DNA of 48,991 bases from assembly GCA_018398765.1 (NCBI GenBank), contig JAHBMJ010000393.1:1-48991 (forward strand). The letters are read 5' to 3'. The position numbers and the translations under genes are program-made. Source of the DNA: Chromera velia. Its lineage: Eukaryota. This document shows, piece after piece, positions 36,679 to 48,991 of the stretch. Positions within the stretch are counted from its first letter, which is position 1, and each line of letters starts with the position of its first letter. The notes beneath the pieces were generated by a model. It did no database searches and was not told the DNA's origin. It was given only the letters and a program-made list of their open reading frames with translations.

Positions 36679-39600
36679 ACAGGACAATCGGAGATAGGAT
36701 CGACGTGACAGAAGGAGAGGAGTGAGAAGTGAAAAAGGGGAGTAAAAGCTCAATGGACATTGGCTTTGTTAAGGGGTCAGCCACGTTAGAATGGGAAGGG
36801 ACGAACGAAAGGCAGATGGAAGCTTCATCTAGCGCATCACGGAGGGAAAGGGTGTGCAGGACGAGTGTGCAGGGCGATTTTTCGATGATGCAGAGCTGAA
36901 GTGACTCTATGACGGATTGGAGGGCACGCTCGGTCGGACGGGACATCTCACTGAAAACCAGCTTCAGCAAGTTATTGGAGTCTACCCCCACTTCAGCCGT
37001 GACTCCCGCTTTCTAGACGCACCTCAAGACAGGCAAGAGACACTCTAAGAAATCAACAAGGTCATGAGCAGCGTAGAGTTCAGCTCGGGTGGAAGACCAG
37101 GCGACTCGCTTTTGGGAAAATGCCCGCCAGTGTAGGATGGCAAACTTTAAAGTGAAGAGCCACCCAGACTGTGGATGCGTATTTCTGGCAGACCCCAATG
37201 TGGCATCGCTCCATGACTTAGTGGAGAGGGGGGATGATGTGGAAAGGACGTCAGAGCGAGAGATACGGAGGATGCGGGAGGTGGCGGTGCATCGGGCATA
37301 ACGGAGAAGGGAAAGGAGATAATTAGCATCGGCGTGAGTGGGAGCGGAGGAATGACGGCTTAGTTGATTGCACCCTTGTGACAAGTCGGGGCGAGTGTCT
37401 CGTGCAACCCACGAAAGATACCCCAACTTTTCATGAAAGGCTTTTCCTTCCTGGGCTGTCAATAGACGGGGCGGTTCAGAGGAAAGTTCGCAAGACGATG
37501 GGGGGAGGGGGAACAAATCAGGAGGGGGAGTGGGGACGGAAGAGGGAACGGAAGCAGAAGAATCTGCAGAATCCCCCATACCCTCAGGGAGGGGGAGAAA
37601 CAGGAGGTACTCGGTTTGGTGGATATACACGGAGTTCCGTGACACATTGAAATCTACCCCTGCCCAGTGGAAGGTTCCGTTCTTAGGTTTGGTGATCTTC
37701 ATCTGGTAACCTCCTTTGGCTGCAATCTCGCGTGCTAGCTGAACTGCAGACCGACCAATAGGCAGGATGGCAAAGTCGTCAATAAACGTGGGAAGGATAC
37801 CAAGGAGATAGGAAGTGGGGGCCTCAGGCTTACCCGTCTATTTCTACCACATTCCTTGAACAGAGGAAGGCACCCACCCTGTTGCTGCGAGCGTCTTGTT
37901 GCGAGAGCGGTCCCATAAATTTCCAGAGTCTCAGAGCCTGTAAAGCACGCGGTTGAGAAGCCACAGGAACTTCCCATGGTCTGGGTGATCTTTCGGGGGA
38001 TGGATATAAAGGGAATGGGAACGGAGAGCCGTGAGGTACGCTGTTTTCACATCGGCCACAACGATTTCACGGGGGTCAAAGTCGGAGTGAGCAAAGGCCA
38101 TGGCAAGGGCAATGCACATGGCAGACTGAGAAGCGGTAGCGCAAGACGTTGTGACTCCTTCACGGCGATCGAAAAAAGGAGTGCCATCAGCAACGACTCG
38201 AGACTTGTACTTCCAAGAACCTTCCTCGACACGCTTCTTGGTGTCAACAAAATGGGTGGGCACAGCAGAGCGGCAGTGCTCGGTATTTACTTCTACGATT
38301 GGGACTCGCTTGTATACATCATTGTCTGTAAGTGACTGCAACTCTGCGGTACGGGACTTAGCTTGCCCATCGAGCTGTTCTACTGTGAGCCCCTGGCGTG
38401 GGAGAGGAATGTGAGTTGTGGTAGCTTGGAACGCACTGGGCCCCACCTCAGTGTCCTCGTTCCACAAATATACAACAGACGCACCTGCAACTAGAGTCAG
38501 GTGGGGGGGGGGAGGGAAAGCAGCTGCGGCTGCTGAGGAGGCAAGTGAATCGAAAGACAACCGGTCGGTGGGGAACACTGTTTCTAGGCTTGCAAGGAGA
38601 ACACTTCGGTAAGTGTCACAGAGGTGGGAGAGGAGAGTCCCCTCGGTAGAGAGGACAATGTTTCGCTCAACAACCTCTTCTGGGACCAGAAAGCAAAGCT
38701 CGGGCCCACACCTAGAAGGTTTTTGCGCACTGTACAAAAGTTTGGGGCGGCCCCTGAGAGGGCACCATGCAGGCTGCATACGTCGGCTTGCAAAAGGCTG
38801 CTTGCCGTTTGATCCCCATGCCTGAACCTCAACCCGTCCCTCACCTTCAGGGTCGACAGCACGGACGCTACCAAAGAAACAGCGGCCTGTGTTTTCATCC
38901 TGCCAAAGAATGAGCTCATCTTTGCCAAAATCAGTAATGTCAAACTTGGGAGAGGGTGGCTATTCAGACGGACACTATATGTCTGAAGACTGCTGCGGTT
39001 GCTGCTGCTGCGCCTGGTGAGGAGACCCAATGGATGTGTCCGGGCGCTCAGAAGGGGAGTCCAATGGTAACGGAACGACATAGACAGGGTCTGGGTGGGG
39101 GCTATCATTGGGACGGATGCACCTGCGATGCGACAGGATGGGCCGTCCAGAAGGAAGATGCAATCGGAACACATGCTCACTTATGCGCTACAGAACAGTC
39201 GCAGAAGTGTAGAGGGGTGCAAGCCTAGCGCGGGGATGGTCAGGGTGATGGTAGAGGACGGACGAGCCAATAGGGAATGGGGACGTCTCGGCAGAGGGGC
39301 GACGGGAGGTCTGAAAGAGGTCACGCAGGGCGTCGATGGGAGGACTAGGTGGCTGGGCACCCCAGCGTCGCTCGAATGGGCTCTTGTGAGTGGATTCTCG
39401 AGGCTGACGATTGTATTTAACTGTGGTAAGGGAAGCAAACTCCTTCCAATACGAATCGTCAAGACCTCGATCTCTGAGAATGCCCCGCAAAATCGTGAGC
39501 CACTCACAATGGGAATGCTCTGTTTTGCCGAGAGAGTGGTGGCTGCCTACAGCGGTCAAGGGGTTTGTGGCTTCCCGCTCAGCCAACCACTCACACCAAT

Positions 39601-42103
39601 CACCTTGAAATTCGGTCCCGTGATCGGTTATCACCTCAGGGGTGAGATTACCCTCCAGACTGCGGGACCAACAATCATAGGTGGTACGGATTGTGGCAGA
39701 ATCTTTTGTTTCGACTACCTCTTGAGCGAGCCAGTCATGATGCTGGTCTTGGATGTGCAATGAATACCCCCCTTTCAACCCCATCACAAGGTCACAACAT
39801 ACTCGCTGCCCGGGGCGATCGACCTTCAAAGACCCCCGGGTGCCGTCTCCCCCATGCCTCGGCTTCACATGCGCACACGTACCCCCTCAGATGCATAGGA
39901 GCAGGGCACGTTGAACGGCACGGCGGGAAATGCTGCTGCGACCGGGAAGAAGGTCAGAAAGGGACGCACGGAGGGAACGCCAAGTGGCCTCCGAGTCGAT
40001 ACCTGCGTGTCCTAACCATTCGTGATATGCGCGGATGAGTTCATCAACAGTGGCTTTGATGGAGATAAGGGGGGGGCCCTGTGAGAAAGAAGATTTTGGT
40101 TGCTGAGAAGGAGGCTGATCGGAGGCTGGAGAACTGTCACAAGATGATGAAACGGGGGGAGAGACAGCGGATTCTCCCGAATGAGTTTTCACAACATGAG
40201 ACTGGGTGCGATTTCCTCGATACTGCTTCTTCTGTTTGGCTGCCTTCAAACGAGCGGGGAGGTGCCCATTTGCGAGGACAACTGGAGAAAGAGACAATGG
40301 AGGGGACACAGGCGATGTAGAGTCCACCGCAACGGCCGCTGGAGACAAAGAAGGGGAATTCAAAGCGGGTGGGGACTCGGGCGGGGAAGTCCCGTCTATC
40401 TCCAGAGGCAGAAAAAATAGATCATTTGCTGCACGGAGAAAATTGATAACGGTGGAGGGGAGTGCCAAGGATCCAGTCCGATAGTCAAATCGCGCGCCTA
40501 GTTTGATGAGACGCTGATTGCCGATGAGTGGGAAGGTGACTGCTTCTGTTTCTATGATGGACGGTTTCAACACAGCAGGCTGCCTATTTAGTTTGCAAGG
40601 AATGGTGGCACGGCGCTGCATCCTCACTTTTGTTCGACAAGCAGTAACAACGGAAAGAGGTGTCAGCAAATCAGTCTCAGTCCATTGCAACCCTGACTCT
40701 TCAGCATGCTTGTTCAGCCAGCCACGAGTGCACGTAGTGCCACTTGTACCCAGATCAAGCAAACATGCAAAACCGTCAAAAGAGAAACCCTAGGAGAAAC
40801 CAGAAGAAACAGGAAGAGAAAAAGCTGACTGTGATAAATGCCCTACAGCGGCAGCTACAGGGGAGGCCTCCGAATCTGCATCCGATGCCTCTGACTCATT
40901 TGTCTCGCCAGTTAGGGCCCCTCCTTGCTGACGAGCTCGCCCCTTTTCTGATCCTGTAGACTGTCTCCCCCTCTTTCCCTGCCCGCCCCCATTCCTGCCG
41001 GACCTGCCCCCGCCTCCGCTGTAGCCGTAGGCCCTCAAGAGGGCAAAGTGGTCATGGGCGAGGTCACAGTCACCAGTCTTGTGTCTCCAGTGATCACAAT
41101 CGCTGCAGTAGTGCTGTTTCAGGCACTCTTCGGGACGGTGGGTCTTGTGCTCACAGTGAGGGCGCTTGCGAGATGGCCCACTCGCATGGGGCCGAGGGTG
41201 GCCAGTAGAAGAGCGACCCGTTAGCTGCACGCTGTGCGTTTATACGGGAATGGACGGATTAGCAGGGAGACGGGAAAAACAAGAGGGCTGGGCAAAGTGG
41301 CGGAATTTAGCTACCGCACTATCATCTCCGTCGAAAGGCATATAGGAGGTGATGCTGCTTTCAACATTCACACGCACAGTGCTGTCGGAAATGCTGTTGA
41401 TGAGAACCAGGGAAGCAAGCTGCCCCTGACGGCGGGTGAGGGGGTCAAGGAGGGGAACGAGCTTCTTCTCCACCCTCCAAGTGCTGAGATCGGTTTTGTC
41501 TCCCACCCCGGACCACACAGGGACAATCTCTTCCTGCAACGAGAGACGGGAAATTTCTTAGCAGGCTGCCTTCACCGTCTCGATGTACTTCTCAACGTTG
41601 GAGGAGTCAGAAGTAGACAGAGTAAAAAGGAAGCAGAAGTTTGTGAACATCCGCTTGTGTTCGGTTTCCCCCGACGACTGTAAGATGACATTCTTGCAGT
41701 GTTTGACATCATCAGACTCGGGGGGGGAGAGATCTGAGACAAGATCGTAGAGCTCAGGGTATTTTTGCAAACCCTGGCGGAATGCTGCTACACGGATGTC
41801 TGACGGCGCACTCGCAGGCTGCAATTTGCAATGGTTTTCAAACGCCTTGACAATCGCAACTCTACCCCCGTGAGTGTTCTTGAAGGGGAGCTCGCACTTC
41901 CATGGGCCGAATTTCCCCGTGTCAGTGGTGGGGGTGGGAGTGACTGTTGGAGACAGAACAGAAGTGGACTGAGAAAGAAAGAACTACGCCAATTTATTGA
42001 TATTGGCGGTCAACAAGTTCAAGTCAGAGGGGCTGGAGCTTTGATCAGAAGGGCCTTTGGAGATAAAACGGCCATCGGCCCCTTGAGGTTGGTCGCCGTC
42101 CAT
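36677..42103 (-). pseudogene. gag-pol polyprotein, disrupted
   Basis: ATG at 42103. Zn knuckles CEHKTHRPEEC/CSDCDHWRHKTGDC (~41070-41160); protease LLDLGTS...LIGNQRLIKLG (~40760-40490); integrase HEWLGH...C, CCDL, ITDHGTEF, GKTE (~40030-39500); RT KSRVVADG, ADVKTAYL, LYRL*DSG, FIDD (37775-37786); RNase H WSDA, SSTRAELYA, DS, NVADPLTK. Many CAG>TAG-type stops plus frameshifts. Confidence 0.93.
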
Positions 42104-42160
42104 CAGAGAGGGAAAGCTACACTCTGATACAGACCAACAGACCCTGAGAAGAAAGAGGAA

Positions 42161-42177
42161 AGAACCAACTGCTACTA
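42161..42177 (-). promoter_or_regulatory. Primer-binding site, initiator tRNA-Met type (mutated)
   Basis: TAGTAGCAGTTGG directly after the 5' LTR equals TGGTAGCAG with one G>A change; complementary to a CUGCUACCA tRNA 3' end. Confidence 0.75.
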
Positions 42178-42478
42178 TGAAGAGAACTAGAATGGTCCAG
42201 TTAAGGACATCAGTCTAGTCACTTACACGGTTCTCTATACAGGAATAATAATGCAAGATGTTTGTCCGGCTTCTGCTCTCATCGATCGAGAGTTGTTCCA
42301 TCGAATCATCCTGAGTATTTCACTAAGCAATTTCACAGCATGGATTGACGCATGCATTTTCTCCGTCTCCGTAATATCTTAAGCCGCGCTGCACCGATAG
42401 GCAACGCAATAGCACGGGACCGGCCAAGTCGGGCCGACCAATGCATGCCCGCCTCCTCTCTATAAGTGGCTGATTACA
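42178..42478 (-). repeat. 5' LTR
   Basis: TG...CA; matches 36349-36649. Confidence 0.97.
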
Positions 42479-42669
42479 AACCCTGCTGAGCCCACTCATT
42501 CCTCAACCTGCTTCGACATGCTTTTGTCTTTCTTCATCCTTTTTGTGATCGTGATCGTTTTCCCACTGAAAAACGAAAAAAGGCCTAGTTGTGTACTCAC
42601 CGGTTTTAACTGCCTCAATTCAATACAAATTTATAGATATCTACTAGTAGTATTTATTTAGCTATTTAT

Positions 42670-43175
42670 ACGTTGTTACACTAATCCTATAGTCTTACAC
42701 AAAGTTAAATGTGTAACAATTACCCCTGACCTCCCCTTGTTACACATAAAAGTGTGTAACAATTAATGTGCAATAATTCCAGACAAATCTTTTAACACCA
42801 TCTCCCACCCCCCCTGCTCTTGCCTCTGTTCTTTTACCCCTGCCTTTAGTGCTCAAAAATTCTCCTTGCCGCGTTGCTGATGACACCATTGCTCTAAAAG
42901 CAGTATACCCTCAAACCGTCCTGAAGAAGAAGAAGACGAAGATGAAACCTGGAATTAATACACACTAAAGTATGTAATAATGCATTCCTAAAAGCTAGCC
43001 TGAAAGTGATGTTGACCCAATGGTTTGAATTAATGCATACTAAAGTGTGTACTTAATGCATTCCTAAAAGTGATCGTTTGAATTAATGCACACTAAAGTG
43101 TATACCAATTCATTTATCAAAAGTATATTAAAATGTGTAACAAAACATTTTGAAAAAAGCGATTGTGTAACCCTA
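42670..43175. repeat. AT-rich segment with repeated TGTGTAACA motifs in both orientations and three AATTAATGCACACTAAAGTGTG-like copies (possible MITE/transposon end)
   Basis: Motifs near 42674, 42710, 42737, 42753, 43134 and 43165; longer units near 42953, 43028 and 43081. Confidence 0.5.
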
Positions 43176-43414
43176 CAGGATTGGTATATACGCTGTATAT
43201 ATCCTATCTTATACGCGTTATAGAGTAGGCGAAGCACATGCACTAGTAAAAAAAAAAAGAACGAAAAATCTGGAAACATCTACTATGTACAACGTCTGTT
43301 CTTGTTTTTTCTTTTTCACATTATAATTAATTAAAGCCAAAATTAACAAACTAAAAGACTAGTAGTAAAAGTTTATGGTTTTCATACGTTTTATTTGAAA
43401 GAAGGAGGGGTCCA

Positions 43415-43446
43415 GCTAGGGAGGGAGGGAGGGAGAGATGGAGAGA

Positions 43447-43513
<67 letters not shown>

Positions 43514-43639
43514 AGAGAGGAAAGGAAAGGAAAGGAAAGGAAAGGAAAGAAGGAAAAAAAAAAGAAAGAAAAAAAGAAAAGAAAGAAAAGAGAGAAAGAA
43601 AGAAGGAAGGAAGGAAGGAAGGAAGGAAAGAAAGACTGA

Positions 43640-43711
<72 letters not shown>

Positions 43712-43752
43712 AACAAAAAAACAAAGAAACAAAGAAACAAAGAAACAAAGAA

Positions 43753-43787
<35 letters not shown>

Positions 43788-43810
43788 GAAGGAAGGAAGG
43801 AAGGAAGGAA
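43415..43810. repeat. Long polypurine compound microsatellite (GA)n/(GGAAA)n/(GAAA)n/(GGAA)n
   Basis: Seen directly. Confidence 0.95.
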
Positions 43811-43896
43811 TCATCGTTTCTATCCTGTCGATGCGTTCTGCCAGGTACTGAGAGTGGCATGAATTCACACCTCTAGCTCGTTTGAATGTAATCACA

Positions 43897-44382
43897 TCAC
43901 ACGAGGGCTTCTCCAGACGTATCTCGATGGGATCCACGTGAAGATCTGCCTGAATGTCCCTGACTATCCCCCGACGTTGCACCTGTCAAGACGCGCCATC
44001 GTGCACCCTTCTGTTTCTGTGCCTTCTCTTCTTCCCCCCCGTCTGAGGAGTTCTCTCCTCTTCGGTGTCTTCTTTTCTGCAGGAACAGCGAGAGAAGAAC
44101 GCACACCACGAGGAGAACGAAAAAGAAAACCTTCCCAGAAACCTTAAAGGAGAATTTCAAGAAGCACAAACAAAACACCCCAACAAAGAGCAGGCATACA
44201 ACAATCGTTATGCACACTGCAGCCTTGCCCTTCATTTTCTGCAGGCATCTTTGAATTAGACTCCGGTCATCCTTCTGTGCGGTCTTCTCATGAAACTTCT
44301 GCATCCTCCAATCCATCCGGGATTTCTCCCGGTACCAATCCACCTGGTCGTCTGCCGTCTCCGTCTCCCCCGTCTCCTTCAT
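43897..44382 (-). CDS. Hypothetical small membrane protein with two TM helices (may have upstream exons)
   Basis: 161-aa ORF from the ATG at 44382 with two hydrophobic stretches (AVCITIVVCLLFVGVFCLCFL; VFFFVLLVVCVLLSLFL) flanked by basic residues. Confidence 0.5.
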   Translation of the reverse strand: MKETGETETADDQVDWYREKSRMDWRMQKFHEKTAQKDDRSLIQRCLQKMKGKAAVCITIVVCLLFVGVFCLCFLKFSFKVSGKVFFFVLLVVCVLLSLFLQKRRHRRGENSSDGGEEEKAQKQKGARWRVLTGATSGDSQGHSGRSSRGSHRDTSGEALV

Positions 44383-45319
44383 CCTGCTGCTACGGCTGTG
44401 GACGAGGTAACTAGGGAGGCCGACTTTTCCCAATCGAAGGGGGGGCGGTGGGTGTGTATGATTTCCAAATCGATGTCAAAGAGCAGGCCTTCACCGCGAG
44501 TTAACGGCTTTTCTTCTTCAACCGAATGATCACTCGCTGTGCCCGTCTCCTTCCAACACAACCCCCACACACACTTGACTTCACTTCGCTTGGCCAGCGA
44601 GCCTTCTGGCCGTTCACTCCACTCCACTCCACTGCACTAGAGCCAGGTCAAGCTCACTTCACTTCACTGCACTTTGCTTTTGCCCCCCCTTCCCCACTGC
44701 GATCGACTGCACTTCACTTCGACTTCACTTCCGAATCGGTTGACTTCACTGCACTGCACTTCGAGTCCTCTTTGGGCACTTGCCGCTTTAAACAGAAGAG
44801 GAGTTTCAGGCACATGCCGCGACAGCAGACTCTTCATCTTGGAAGCCCAGCATCAAGAGAAAAAGATGGGGGCTCGATAAACTGTCCTACAGAGAACAAT
44901 CCGAATCAAGCGGTGACCTCAAAAATGTTCACCGAGGCGGATACGGTCGGTCTGTTGTCTCAAGGAAGGACTGAAGGGTACAGGCGTTCAGAGGAGCCAC
45001 ACAGGCCTCATCCAACCACACACCTTCTTGAATGCAGTCTCTGCCTTGCAGCACCGTCAGAAAGACAACTGAGTCCGGGGGAATTTCGGACTGAAACTGG
45101 AGACGGCAAGGAGACTGCTCGAAGGTCTTCAGCTAGCAACACCAGAGACAAACCCTTCCCCCCTTTTCTTGCGTTGACTTTTGGTCCTCTCAGATCAGAA
45201 ACTGTCAGGAGCTTCCTTCATGTGACAGCTCTGCTCAAAGTGATCCAGCTCTCTGGCAGTTAGTGACTGTTCGTCACTGTGCAACACCTAGCTTGCACAT
45301 CCCTTCACGCGTCGGATCT

Positions 45320-45550
45320 TTGCATGCATGGCGATCATGCATGCATGCCCCAAAAAATTAATGCATGATGGGAAGTTGGGAACTGTCGGCACGCCCCAAG
45401 ATGGCCCGCGATCAAGCGCCCGCCGCCGCGCCGCCCCCTCCCATCGATTGCATGATCCGGCCGCGCGGGTCGGATCCGCGGTCGGCCGATTGGATCTGAC
45501 ATGACGTGACAACAAAGGGCAGCGCATTCGCGAGATTTCGCGAGCTAGAT
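45320..45550. promoter_or_regulatory. Promoter region with TGCATGCA cluster, GC box and two TTCGCGAG motifs
   Basis: TGCATGCA at 45321 and ~45338; lies between the divergent 2-TM and transporter genes. Confidence 0.45.
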
Positions 45551-45822
45551 GTTAATTCACTGAAGAAAACAACTGACCCCGCAGTGCGAAAAAATCAGTC
45601 TCGCACTTTTGTGCCTCGACGAAGTCTCTTGGACCCAATTCGCCCTTCAGTGCGTGATTAAACTTGAAGTGAGTCGGGAGACGTCTCCTCTACTGAACGA
45701 CCGAGCGACCTGGATACGAAAGAGACGACATTTTCCTCCTCCCCAAAGCTCCAAGGGGTGCCAGTGTGCTCTGTACTCGTCTCCCTTCTGGCTGCCTTCG
45801 CAGGTCGATCTATTGCTCGATC

Positions 45823-48870
<3,048 letters not shown>

Positions 48871-48991
48871 GTATGCGTTTCCGTTTGGTGGCGTTGAGTG
48901 CCCGGGCGGTGCTTCGTCGTGTCCGTGGGATTACAGGGTGTACATTCTGCTGGTCTGGTTCTCCGCTCGTATGGTTTTTTCGTGTCTTTTG

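Larger units (their letters stand above)
36349..42478 (-). mobile_element. Full-length Ty1/copia LTR retrotransposon (GalEa-like), inactivated
   Basis: 301-bp TG...CA LTRs; 5-bp TSD AACCC (36344-36348 and 42479-42483); PBS and PPT present; domain order gag-PR-IN-RT-RH. Confidence 0.97.
34689..42624 (-). mobile_element. TIR DNA-transposon relic (TTAA-type, piggyBac/Kolobok-like) interrupted by the LTR element
   Basis: ATTGAATTGAGGCGGTTAAAGCCGGTGAG at 34689-34717 is an inverted match (27/29) to 42596-42624. A stop-riddled minus-strand frame (...MSKQVEE*VGSAG|LKQPLHAYPLFG...) continues across the LTR insertion site and is followed by a Cys/His-rich segment near 35460-35580. Confidence 0.6.

Noticed and set aside
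39095..39763. Plus-strand ORFs inside the retrotransposon
   Set aside because: Antisense to integrase and other pol domains; no independent motifs.
43351..43982. ORFs rich in F/L/S or K/E/R
   Set aside because: Translations of microsatellites; the same applies to the CV/HT-repeat ORFs at 31400-31820 and 48200-48900.
44526..45263. 245-aa plus-strand ORF
   Set aside because: Largely built on CACTT/CACTG pentamer repeats; no domain signal; more likely intron/UTR of the minus-strand gene.

Overview
Eukaryotic nuclear DNA from an intron-rich, plastid-bearing protist. The (CA)n/(GA)n-filled introns, GCATGC-rich promoters and a bipartite plastid-targeting leader suggest a chromerid alveolate such as Chromera velia (inference). 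Intact genes: an intronless MDR/ETR-like oxidoreductase (-); a very large multi-exon plastid-targeted Tab2/ATAB2 RNA-binding protein carrying about 28 copies of a 12-aa repeat and EF-hand-like modules (-); a head-to-head F-box protein (+); a small 2-TM protein (-); and an SLC35A-type nucleotide-sugar transporter (+) that runs off the window. Decayed material: a gag-like relic, a kinase-like relic, a DUF6604-family pseudogene, and a full-length Ty1/copia LTR retrotransposon (301-bp LTRs, AACCC TSD) nested inside a TIR DNA-transposon relic. Main signal: every non-coding repeat pair compared by eye has diverged almost only by C>T/G>A transitions in all dinucleotide contexts (12/12 between the LTRs; about 25/27 in a tandem duplication), and TpA-rich AT islands lie next to the repeats. 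This resembles fungal RIP (repeat-induced point mutation) in a non-fungal lineage. Also notable is a four-fold tandem of 3' splice acceptors inside the Tab2 gene, of which the first and last are in frame. All alignments, counts and exon models were done by eye.
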